Shown one piece after another: positions 49,592 through 61,086 of a stretch of 64,000 nucleotides of DNA. Source of the stretch: Ranitomeya imitator (taxonomy: Eukaryota); the NCBI RefSeq assembly GCF_032444005.1, contig NC_091284.1, positions 415,090,001 through 415,154,000 of the forward strand, read 5' to 3'. Positions within the stretch are counted from its first letter, which is position 1; each line of letters opens with the position of its first letter. Both the position numbers and the translations under genes were made by a program. The notes beneath the pieces are model-generated. The model worked only from the letters and a program-made list of their open reading frames with translations. It ran no database searches and was not told where the DNA came from.

Positions 49592-52420
49592 TAATATACG
49601 ATTTTCGCTTTTTGTATTGAAGAACTGAAAAATTAACTTTTTGGTGATCTCCTAATTTTGTAAGAAGCGCTTGTACATCTACTATTCTTGAGTGTAACTG
49701 AATTTCTGCAAGCAACTTACCAAATTGCCTATCCATTTACACCTGTCACTGCTTCACCTGGTGCTTCCTACCATTCTTGAAAGTCCTGCTCCTCACTGAT
49801 TCATGTGATAGTCAATAACCAGGTACATCATTGCCTCTAGTCTGTGCTGCTCACTTTGACCTATATCTTAGAGAAACCACCTCACCAAGTGATCTAATAG
49901 GCTCATCTGAGTCCCATTTTTATAGATATTTAGCCAAACTACAGATGCACTGAATAAAATGTGGCGTGAACAAAGCCTTATAAATGCAATTAAGCATACT
50001 TGCATGCAGTAGAATGTTATTCCAGTCTCTTGTTACCCCTAAAAAATATATAATGGTTGGTTCATAAGTAGTGTCAATAAATATGGGGATCAATTCAAGG
50101 AAAATTTTCAAATCAATGGCACAATATAACCAAATACTTTGGGAATGTGCACAATTAAAGCAGATCTTTACTGAAAACTTCAGATAGGTCTTCCTTCTGC
50201 TTGTGTGTGATCATCTTGACCACTTCTGGTAGCAGCCAAGTCCAGGAAGTGGCAAACTGTTTTTAGGAACTCTCTAGCTATAATTATGTTACAAAATCCT
50301 CATAAGCACTTACACCCTACTCCTTATATGAAGTCCCCCCATTAGGATTTGCACTAAATTTAGAGGGGGTTCTATGCTTTAGACAAAACAGGTAAGACAA
50401 TAGGATCACCATTAAGTGTCCTAATGCTAAAATACCCAGCGATCGGCTATAACACGGTTCTACAGACAAATTGGTTCAGAGGTGAAAACAGTTGAACTGA
50501 ACTAATTTTGTGTTGCTGAAAATGAATGTGATTCTTAAATTTACTGATTGGCTCTAATTTTCAAGATCGATAGAAAGTTGTAATTACTTATGACACCTTT
50601 CATGCAGGTTTTTAGAAAAATTGAATCTTCATTATTTCATCATCATTATTGCATTGTTAGTCGCTCGTCTATTACATCATCTATTCAGTCTACTGAGCCT
50701 TCAGTATTTTGTCATCTTAGCACGCTAAGATGACCAATCAAAAAATGCTAACTCCACGCTGGAGACATAATCCTAATTACAGTTGCATCAGCTACTTTTA
50801 TACAGTGCCTTGCGACAGTATTCAGCTCCCTGGAACTTTTCAACCTTTCCTTACATATCATGCTTCAAACAAAGATACCAATTGTAAGTTTTTGGTGAAG
50901 AATCAACAAGTGGAACACAATTGTGAAGTTGAACAAATTTTATTGGTTATGGAGCGCCTCCATGGGGCCTTGGGGTACTCGGTATCGGGTCCTGCGGTTC
51001 ACAGGGGGATGTCACGGTGGCTGACCCAGTCCATGGCCCTGGGACGTCTATGTAAATAGGGAAAAGTCTTTAAAGGGATAAAGTTTGTGTTCGTGACGCC
51101 ACCTGGGGTATTCGGTCAGGGTGACCGACGCTGCTTTAAGGGGTCCGCTGGGGTAATGTTATGGCAGCTAGATGGTATACCTTCCCACAGGTGAAGTATG
51201 TCCCCAGGGCTTCCCGGTGTGTAGATGGTGAATGACGAATGGTGCAGTGAAGAACGAGGACACAAGGTTGCAGTCTCTTTACATTTACTGAAGACTTCAG
51301 CATCCACAGTCCAGGGCACCAGATCACAGGGCAGGCAGAGTCTGGCCGGTTTGGAGGCAAGTCCAGAGTCCCCTTGTCCAGGTGGAAATCAGTAGCCTTC
51401 CCTTGCGCTGCAGTGTTGTAGTTCCTTACTGCCTAAGGCTTCACGTAAGGTCCTCACAGATGTAATGTCTTTCTCTCTGTCCCCCGTATAGGATAGGACA
51501 AACCCGTATGACTGGTGGCTAGAAACTGTTTATAGGGACTCTAGCACGCCCCGGCCTCCAAAGGTTGCCACCGTGCCTCCTGGGTGTAGGGCGGACAGGT
51601 AATGTGAAATTAGCTGTCCTGCCGGTCTCTGGAGCAAGGCATAAAGGTCATTACTCCCTCGGTGTTCCGGCTACCGGGATTCTGCGCCTCAGAAGGAGGC
51701 AGCCTGTGTAGGGCTGGTCCCCTTCTGGTATCCACTCCTTTGCACGCTCACTGCAATACAGTTCTGCCTTTGATGTCTCTTTCTAGGAGCTGCAGCTCTG
51801 AGCACATGCACAGCTCCGTGTCCTTCTCCTTCGTTCTCTGACAGGATCCCACCCCTGCCAGGGACCAACTAACTGAGCAGAGCTCAGCTAGCAGCTAACT
51901 AACTTTCCCTACAGGTGACCAGTTTTACAAATGTGAGGAGTGACCTAATAAATAGGAACAAGAGCTCCCCCTGGTGGCCTGGAGTGTGAAATGTGTTGCA
52001 TGTTTGTGAAACCTGGATGCAGTTACCCTTCTTTGCCTCCAAACGTAGCATCACTCTCCCCGAGAGGAAAGAAATACCACTGCGACGACCAGGGCCCTAA
52101 GGCGACGCAACGTAAAATCCAGTACTCCCGGACTGGGAAAAGAAAACAACAGATACAGGTTAGCAAAAAGACATACAAATTTTGAAATGCTATAAATAAG
52201 GTAATATAACTGATGCTTACCTTTATGGGAGGTGAGGACTCTTGAACGTTGCATAACAAAAACATATTTACATTGTGAATTCACTTTTTAAACATAAAAC
52301 AACTTAATGGAACAGTGCAGCAATTTACTAACTATGAAATACGATTACCCGAACGGGTATACTATATTAATTGCAAAGGCAAACGTTCTATCTTTATTCT
52401 AGTGCAAAGTTTCTGACTAA

Positions 52421-52802
52421 GGCTACTTTCACACTGGCGTTTTTTTCAATACGTCGCAATGCGTCGTTTAGGGTAAAAATTGCATCCTGCAAAGTTGTTT
52501 GCAGGATGCGTTTTTGCCCCATAGATTAACATTAGCAACGCATTGACACACGTCGCAACCGTCGTGCGACGGTTGCGCCGTGTTGTGGCGGACCGCCGGG
52601 AGCTGCCAAAGGACCGCTTTTTCCGACCGTGCATGCACGGCCGGAACTCCGCCCCCACCTCCCCGCACCTTACAATGGGGCAGCAGATGCGCAGGAAAAA
52701 TGCATCCGCTGCCTCCGTTGTGCGGCGCTTTCACTGCTAGCGTCGGAACCTTGGCCCGACGCACTGCGACGGGCCGAGTCCGACGCTAGTGTGAAAGTAG
52801 CC
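52421..52802. mobile_element. PIF/Harbinger MITE nested in the LTR element
   Basis: TAA TSDs; TIRs GGCTACTTTCACACT. Confidence 0.9.
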
Positions 52803-53436
52803 TAACCCCCATGGGTTACTTTTGTTACTCTTCATTTTATTAACAGTGCATCCGGACATCAATACTCATTATCAGCTATTCAAGTTTCAGCTTTCAATAC
52901 TACCTACTATATTAACTCTGTAATGTATGCTAGCAAAGTGCAACTAGCAAACATTCCATTTAAGGGTGAACTCGAGTCTCTTTTTCTGAGGTAGTGCAAA
53001 GTGTTAACAGCAGGAACGATGCGAGGGACCCGTTATTAACCCCCATCGTTGGCGTTGGGCGGGCTACAAGGTGTGTATCCTGACCCGGAATTCTGCCACA
53101 CCAACGGGTTTTTTTCTTCAGGTCTCTGTAAAACAAAGCAATTCTCATGACAAGATTAGAAACAGTCTCTTTTAGAAGTAGTCTCTGTAAAAGCTTCTTT
53201 TGTAAAACCAGTAAAAATCACCTTTAAGAAGGTGCAAACTATTTACAACAAAGTTCCGATCATGCACACTTCATGATTCACAGTTCCTTAAAGCAACTTG
53301 TGCAAACATGTGCAAACATAGGATCCTCCTGGAACGGAGGACCCCTTTAAGAAATAACCCTGGTCGGCTTTAGTGAACTTTAGCAGCAAAATGATGGAAA
53401 TAAACTATGTACAGTCATGGTTCAGGTTTGGTTCCC

Positions 53437-54807
53437 TTATTGCAGTTCTGGAGGTAGCACTGGTGGAGGTAGTCCTTTAGGGTACTGGCAGCTACCAGGT
53501 GCTACATATGGGGCTCCCTCACTCCAGACGGGGGTCTGAGTGCTGACTGTTCTCTGTTCCACAACAGCAGCTTTAGTGCAGGTGACAGTTGGTCCTGTGG
53601 CTACTGCAGTCTCTGTAGTGGAGATTGTGCACACTGTTGTCTTGGTAAGGGTAGTGACAGCTGCTTTAACACAAGGGAGCATTGCGACTGCACAAAGTGG
53701 TGCAGCTGGCATCTTGGTGCTAGGTGACTTAGTGACAGGGTCCTTGTATTTGTGCACAATGAGAGCGAACCACCCTTTGGCACCAAAGTGCCTGGTGTAG
53801 GTGACACGATCCCCTGGGTACAGATCCCTATCCGGGTGTCCTTCCCACAAGTGAGACTCCACGTCCCTCCTGTTTACGAAGATCTTTGCATAGAGTCCCT
53901 GTTCCTTGATGAAGCCCCAGCCTCCAGTTAATTTAAAGGCCACTACTATGCCCTACTTACGCGGGGCCTGGTTAATGGAGCGGTCCTTGCGCCCCTGGGC
54001 CTTGGCCTGGAGATCCTTTTTATCAAAGGCTCTGCACTGGGCCTGGTGTTCTTCCTCCTGTGCCTCACATTTGTGGGCGAGTTGTCCCTGATACTCGTCC
54101 CAGGTCTGGACCTCCAGGGTTTCTCCCTCCTGCTTAGCGGTTTCGGGGAACCCCATGAGGTTGGGTCCAGGGTTGACCCAGCGGTACACTGTCTTTTCCG
54201 CATACAGTTCACCTGGCAAGGTGGTAGGTGCTATCGGGGCCTTCATAAAACTCTCCATCCCCGTGACCTGGTCCCATGGTTCAAGGTTTTGGAGCCGGCT
54301 GGACCCTTAGGGAGGTGGCGCTGCTACGGGGCCTACTAACAGTTCCTCGGTCACCGGCGTCCTTACCTGCCGCAGCGGTGTCTCCAATGCCGGTCGGTCC
54401 TGTTGGTGGCGGAGTATAAAGCGGTGCTGGCAGCAGTGCTGGAAGCGGTGCTGGTGGGTCTTCCGCGGACACCGCCCGATACGTGGCCTTGGCGCCCAGC
54501 TGCATCTGCAGGAACTGGTCTATGAGCTCCTCCACTCCGGCCTGCAGGAAGTCAGGGCCAACGGGTGATGCCTGGCTGCGGTATCTTTCCAGGTGGCTGG
54601 GGGATTCCTCCGCTTCCACCCCATGCTCTGGTTCCGGGCAGCTGGCCATGGCGTTCTCCACGTTGTTTGCTCCATCCTGATCTCTTTCCTGCTCTCTCCT
54701 CCAGGGGCGGTACCGTTTTCTGTCTCCTCCCACCATTTAGGATCAGGAGGTGGATCTGCTGACTGACACGTCCTCAAGGTACAGAGGTATTTGGACTGGG
54801 CGGCCAT
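53437..54807 (-). pseudogene. Single decayed ORF of the LTR element, including a cold-shock-domain-like segment (53749-53952)
   Basis: ORFs 53953-54258 and 53437-53943 are in the same frame, separated by one TAG; GIVVAFKLTGGWGFIKEQGLYAKIFVNRRDV...DLYPGDRVTY...GWFALIV. Confidence 0.7.
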
Positions 54808-54988
54808 TATTTTTCGCCCACGATGGCACGCCCTTCTTCTCCAGCGCTCCTCGTGGCACTGTAATGGTGGCGGTTTTGGCGGCAAAACACAGTTCATTAG
54901 TCACACAGTCATTTAGCATAAATCACGGTTAGGCACAGTTCTGGCACAGTCTCTAGGCGCACATGACCCGATGTTCAGGCTTTAGTAG

Positions 54989-55006
54989 ATCCTGTTCATG
55001 ACGCCA
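54989..55006 (-). other. Primer-binding site complementary to the tRNA-Ser(CGA) 3' end
   Basis: Minus strand TGGCGTCATGAACAGGAT; one mismatch to the recalled vertebrate tRNA-Ser-CGA isodecoder ending ATCCTGTTCGTGACG-CCA; 4 nt from the LTR edge. Confidence 0.8.
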
Positions 55007-57108
55007 AAGTTGGAGCGCCCCCATGGTACCGTGCGGTACTCTGTACCGGGTCCTGCGGTTCACAGGGGGATGTCACGGTGGCTGACCCGGTCCGTGGCCC
55101 TGGGACGTCCGTGTAAAAGGGAAAGGTCTTTAAAGGGATAAAGTTTGTGTTCGCGACGCCACCTGTGGTATTCGGTCAGGTTGACCGACGCTGCTTTAAG
55201 GGGTCCGCTGGGGTGATGTTATGGCAGCTAGATGGTATACTTTCCCATGGGTAAAGTATGTCCCCAGGGCTTCCCAGTGTGTAGATGGTGAATGATGAAT
55301 GGCGCAGTGAAGAATGAGGACACAAGGTTGCAGTCTCTTTACCTTTACTGAAGACTTCAGCATCCAAAGTCCAGGGCACCAGATCACAGGGCAGGCAAAG
55401 TCTGGCCGGTTTGGAGGCAAGTCCAGAGTCCCCTTGTCCAAGTGGAAATCAATAGCCTTCCCTTGCGCTGCAGTGTTCTAGTTCCTTACTGCCTAAGGCT
55501 TCACGTAAGGTCCTCACAGATGTAATGTCTTTCTCTCTGTCCTCCGTATAGTATAGGACAAACCCGTATGACTAGTGGCTAGAGGCTGTTTATAGGGGGA
55601 CTCTAGCACGCCCCTGCCTCCAAAGGTTGCCACCGTGCCTCCTGGGTGTAGGGCGGAAAGGTAACATGAAATTAGCTGTCCTGCCGGTCTCTGGAGCAAG
55701 GCATAAAGGTCATTACTCCCTCGGTGTTCCGGCTACTGGCATTCTGCACCTCAGAAGGAGGCAGCCTGTGTAGGGCTGGTCCCCTTCTGGTATCCACTCC
55801 TTTGTTACGACTTCTTTGCACGCTCACTGCAATACAGTTCTGCCTTTGATGTCTCTTTCTAGGAGCTGCAGCTGTGAGGGCATGCACAGCTCCGTGTCCT
55901 TCTCCTTCGTTCTCTGACAGGATCCCACCCCTGCAGGGACCAACTAACTGAGCGGAGCTCAGCCAGCAGCTAACTAACTTTCCCTACAGGCGAGCAGTTT
56001 TACCAATGTGGGGAGTGACCTAGTAAATAGGAGCAGGAGCTCCCCCTGGTGGCCTGGAGTGTGAAATGTGTTGCATGTTTGTGATACCTGGATGCAGTTA
56101 TCCTTCTTTGCCTCCAAACGTAGCATAACTCTCCCCAAGAGGAAAGCAATACCACTGCGACGACCAGGATCCTGGGGCGCCGCAGTTATTTTAAACTTTT
56201 GTGGAAATTCAAAAACTGAAAAGTGGGGAGTGTAATATTAGTCAGCCCCTTTACTTTCAGTGCAGCAAACTCACTCCAGAAGTTCATTGTGGATCTCTGA
56301 ATGATCCAATGTTGTCCTAAATGCCTTAAGATGATAAATATAATCCACCTGTGTGTAATCAAGTCTCCATATAAATGCACCTGCTCTGTGATAGCCTGAA
56401 ACTATCATATTACCAACACAATCAGAGGGATTTATAAATGTAGATCAAAAAAACTGTCTGTGCTGCCAAAACATCAAACATAAAGCAGACAGCATTATCT
56501 CTTTTGTCACCAAAGAGAAATTTATGATCTCTCATTTTCTGAATTGCAATTCAGAATATGTAATTTATGTAATTGAATGCCCTTGTGGCAAACAGTATGT
56601 TGGTAGAACCACTCAACCACTCCATCTACGGTTAAATTCACACAGGCACAACATAAAAAAGGGCCTCCTTACCCATGGACTACCTAGACATTACACTCTA
56701 ATACATAATAAGGATTTTAAGAATTTGAAAATCAGTCCCATTGATCACATCCCTGAAAAAGTTCCCAACAGAACTATGAAATTAAATAGAAAGGAGGTGT
56801 ATTGGATGTACAAACTAGGGAGCTTGAAACCCAGGGTCTGAATGAGATCACTGAGGGCAGCTTTCATTTAATTTGGTTATGTATACAGAATTGTCTATGT
56901 AATCTCTATTTTTTATAAATGCTAATCTATATATATATTTTTTTTAATTCATAAAAATGATCAAATAGTCTGATGTATTTTTTGTCCCTTGCTATGAATA
57001 ATGTTTTTAATTATTTATTTTTTTTATAATTTAATCTATATATCTATATTTTTTTTTCTATACTATGTTGTGCATAAATATGTGATTCTTCAGACTTTCT
57101 TTTAGTCT

Positions 57109-57149
57109 TTGCCTGATGAAGAGACCTGTGTAGTCTCGAAAGCTTGCAA
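57109..57149 (+). ncRNA. Minimal type I hammerhead ribozyme, intact core
   Basis: TTGC-CTGATGA-A-GAGAC ctgtgta GTCTC-GAAA-GC-TT-GCAA: 4-bp stem I, 5-bp stem II, palindromic AAGCTT stem III. Confidence 0.75.
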
Positions 57150-58433
57150 TTTGTTACCATCTTTTCAGTTAGCCATTAAAAGGTATCAACCACTGAAGAC
57201 TCTCAATTCTAAATATTTTTCTACCTACTGGCTAACACGGTACCAATATATATTTCTTTCCTGAATCTATATATCCTAATTCGTGAGAAATATATCTAGT
57301 AAATAGTCTAGTGTGTATATAGCCCCCTGATGTGGTTGATTGGTTTGTATTGGTGTCGATCTCCTGGATTGAAGTGTGGACATATATTTTTGTTTGGAGC
57401 TCAGTGCCATGTCGCTCCCAATTGAGTTAAATTACTTCCAAGGTTTGCCTTGATTAAAAAAAAAAAGCCTTTTTTAGCTGTAATGCATGCAAAATTAGAT
57501 GATCGTGTGCATGTGTCACCTATTTTTAAGAAAGGAAGTCCCTCAATTATCTAAGACTATATATCTGTCAAAGTTTCTTATAGCATGACCTACTCTATAT
57601 GTACTGTATGTGCTTCCTATGTATGTGGATGTGAAGCAAATGTCTTTTGAGTGGATGTGTTTATTGTGCTGACATGTGTTTGGATTGTGACTTCTATAGC
57701 TTAATGAATCCCCACTAATGAAATTATTTCTTTGAAATATAAAAAAGTGCATGTTCGCCAGTGGGGCTGGTGATGTGCTGTATACTTTTACTTGGGAGGC
57801 GATCCTTTGGCACAGCTGATTGCTGCTGTAGACAAGAGGAAACAAAACCACAGCATAACAGAAACAAACAGACTTTTTTCTGTATCTCAATCCTGATATT
57901 ATAGAATGGAACAACCCCAAAAAAAGAAATAGAGACAACCTATCCAGGAATTTATATCTATATTTTTTTTTTTAGTAGTTGTTTTAATAAAAGATTTCTT
58001 TTTTTAATAATACATTTTTGTTTAAGGTGGAATTCAAACTTAATAATCAATAGCTTTTATACGCAAAGAATTGAATAGTGTGGCTCAGTAGCCTGTGCAT
58101 TATGCAGCAGACCTACGTAACTGGGGAATCTCATCTTACAGGTTCTTATCAGCTACCTTCCTCTTTTTTTGTTTTTTTTCATTGAAGAGACATTTAACCG
58201 ATTAACTTAACCAACTGATTACCATCTCTTAACTTAATATCCTGTAAATATAAATTAATGCAAGATTATCCTTCAATGAATTCTGTGCCGACAAAGTTGT
58301 ATTAACCTTTTGTGAACCATGAACTTTGACACCATATGTCATCTGACTATCTGGCGCTTTTTTTTTTTTTTTTTTAACTCTGTAGGTATTTAAACAATGT
58401 AAGCACGTTGTATCTGTATGTTGTATGTGGAAT

Positions 58434-58473
58434 TTCCTGAAGAAGAGGTCGCACTGACCTTGAAACACTTGAA
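58434..58473 (+). ncRNA. Degenerate minimal hammerhead at the Penelope-like 3' end
   Basis: TTC-CTGAAGA-A-GAGGTC gcact GACCTT-GAAA-CAC-TT-GAA, then AATAAA; stem III palindrome decayed. Confidence 0.55.
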
Positions 58474-58564
58474 TAAAACCACCTTTTAAATTTATTATCA
58501 TTGGAACATCATCATTAAGGCAGCGCGGATTTAACCCACACCTGCACAGTTTATATTAGCCTGA

Positions 58565-59307
58565 GACTCTGTGCACACGTTGCGGATTTTGCTGCGGATT
58601 TGACGCCGCGGATCTGCAGCTGTTTTCCATGCGTTGTATAGTACCATGTATACGTATGGCAAAACAAAATCCGTGAAAAAGCTGTGACCACCAATCAATA
58701 ATATAGTATAAAAAGCAGGGTGTGATTCTAGATTAAAAATTAACTTTTAATAAACTCGTTAAAAAATGGTAGACCCAAAATAATCAAAACACATAAAGGA
58801 CTCACAGTACGTCACATTTCAAAAGAAGAAATGCCAATATCACAAATAAATCGGACTGCCTCAGACCTCAATATCTCAAGATCCACATGAATAAATCGAT
58901 CATGGAAACAAAGGTCCGATATCAGCTGGCAGTGCGGAAAAAATATCAAATTTCACATCACCTGGTCATTTGGCAGATCAAACCACACATCGCCTGGTCA
59001 TTTGGCAGATCAGACCACACATGCTCTCTATATATGCATCTATTGTTAGCAATGACAAACAATGACTATTGTTAGCAAAACAAAATCCGCAGTGCACATG
59101 CTGCAGAAAAAAACGCGTAGAAACGCAGCAGTGTTTTTCCACAGCATGTCAACTTTGTGCGGATTCCACAGTGGTTTACACCTCAATAGGAATCCGCACA
59201 AAAACCGCAGTAAATCCGCTGGTAATCCGCAGTGCGGTTTACCTGCAGATTTTGCAAATACAGTGCAGAAAAATCCGTACACCAATCCGCAATGTGTGCA
59301 CATAGCC
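58565..59307. mobile_element. PIF/Harbinger MITE containing an inverted Penelope-like tail fragment (about 58680-59060)
   Basis: Termini GACTCTGTGCACAC / GTGTGCACATAGCC; flanks TGA/TCA. Confidence 0.7.
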
Positions 59308-61086
59308 TCAGGGTTCTGTTTGAAGCACAGAGAGCATCATGAAGACCAAGGAACACAACAGGCAGGTCCGTGATACTGTTGTGGAGAAGTTTAAAGCCAG
59401 ATTTGGATACAAAATGATTTCCAAAACTTTAAACATCCCAAGGAGTACTGTGCAAGCGATCATATTGAAATGGAAGGAGTATCATACCACTGCAAATCTA
59501 CCAAGAGCCGGCGGTCCCTCTAAACTTTCATCTCAAACAAGGAGAAGACTGATCAGAGATGCAGCCAAGAGGCCCATGATCACTCTGGATGAACTGCAGA
59601 GATCTTCAGCTGAGGTGGGAGAGTCTGTCCATAGGACAACAATCAGTCGTACACTGCACAAATCTGGCCTTTATGGAAGAGTGGCAAGAAGAAAGCCTTT
59701 TCTCAAAGATATCCATAAAAAGTGTCATTTAAAGTTTGCAACAAGCCACCTGGGAGACACACAAAACATGTGGAAGAAGGTGCTCTGGTCAGATGAAACC
59801 AAAATCTAACTTTTTGGCAACAATGTCAAACGATGTTTGGCGTAAAGGCAACACAGCTCATCACCCTGAACACACCATCCCCACTGTCAAACATGGTGGT
59901 GGCAGCATCATGGTTTGGGCCTGCTTTTCTTCAGCAGGGACAGGGAAGGTGGTTAAAATTGATGCGAAGATGGATAGAGCCAAATACAGGACCATTCTTG
60001 AAGAAAACCTGTTGGAGTCTGCAAAAGACCTGAGACTGGGATGGAGATTTGTCTTCCAACAAGACAATGATCCCAAACATAAAGCAAAATCTACAATGGA
60101 ATGGTTCACAAATAAACGTATCCAGGTGTTAGAATGGCCAAGTCAAAGTCCAGACCTCAATCCAATCGAGAATCTATGGAAAGAGCTGAAACTGCTGTTC
60201 ACAAACGATCTCCATCAAACCTCACTGAGCTCGAGCTGTTTGCCAAGGAAGAATGGGCAAGAATTTCAGTCTCTCGATGTACAAAACTCAGAGACATACC
60301 CCAAGTGACTTGCAGCTGTAATCGCAGCAAAAGGTGGCGCAACCAAGCATTAAGTTAAAAGGGGCCAAATAATATTGCATGCCCCACTTTTCAGTTTTTG
60401 TATTTCCGCAAATTTAAAATAACCAATACATTTCTATCAACTTTACAATTGTGTTCCACTTGTTGTTGATTCATCACGAATTTACATTAGGTATCTTTAT
60501 GTTTGAAGCATGTTATGTGGGAAAAGGTTGAAAAGTTCCAGGGAGCCGAATACTTTTGCTAGGTACTGTAAATGCTCTCTGTGTAAGGTATACAGTTTTA
60601 GGATTTCTTCGCTTAGTTTCTGAGCATATTGACATGTTTCTTTATGTTTTTTCACATATGCCTCGTTCTTGCATTAACGTGGATAATTTTTGCTACATAT
60701 GCAGAGTAGTTACTTTTGCGCCACAAAGGTGAAACTTGACTACCATGATAAGAAAAGTCTACAACCTGTATTTTGGCTGCAGAATAGGAGATCAGGATAA
60801 GAGTTAGACTCCACACATATCTTTGCATAGATGTGCATCACATCTTACCCAGTGGTTGCATGGGAAAAGGTAATCTATGCCTTTTGCAGTCCCAATGATC
60901 TGGAGAGACGCAACTGATCACATTATCAATTGCCATTTCTGCATGATGCGCCCCCATTAGGAAAGGAGTTCCAAGGAAGAAGAAGTGGACTTTACAGTAT
61001 CCAAACAGTCCATCTGCAATACGCCCAGTACCACATACAGAACTGCCAGTTCCAAAAGCACCAGAATCATTTTAAAGTCGAGTTAA

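Larger units (their letters stand above)
50950..56184 (-). mobile_element. Non-autonomous LTR retroelement (Gypsy-like): 5' LTR 55011-56184, 3' LTR 50950-52109, no pol
   Basis: Two LTRs of about 1.16 kb (about 13 differences in a 200-bp stretch compared by eye); TG...CA ends; 4-bp TSD GTTA at 50946-50949 and 56185-56188; PBS at 54989-55006. Confidence 0.92.
56400..58556 (+). mobile_element. 5'-truncated Penelope-like element (GIY-YIG endonuclease remnant 56400-56850) with further inserts
   Basis: C..CCQNIK...LNCNSEYVIYVIECPCGKQYVGRT...R...H...E.YW...LGSLKP; direct repeats TAGCCTGA at 56392-56399 and 58557-58564; two hammerhead motifs. Confidence 0.82.
50803..60568 (+). mobile_element. Tc1 element expanded to 9.8 kb by nested insertions; transposase 59339-60356 is degenerate
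   Basis: TA TSDs and matching TIRs at both ends; the left arm resumes at 56189 and again at 59308; TAA stop at 59807-59809 and a frameshift. Confidence 0.9.

Noticed and set aside
51011-51101. A functional tRNA-Ser gene in the LTR
   Set aside because: Only the two ends match. There are no recognisable anticodon or T arms and no B box, so it is reported as a finding rather than a gene.
53749-53952. Processed pseudogene of YBX1, LIN28 or CSDE1
   Set aside because: The sequence is far from the highly conserved host CSDs as I recall them, and it sits in frame within the LTR element's ORF with no poly(A) or separate TSD.
57500-57600. CR1-type RT fragment (VSPIFKKGS)
   Set aside because: It is too short and degraded to annotate with confidence.
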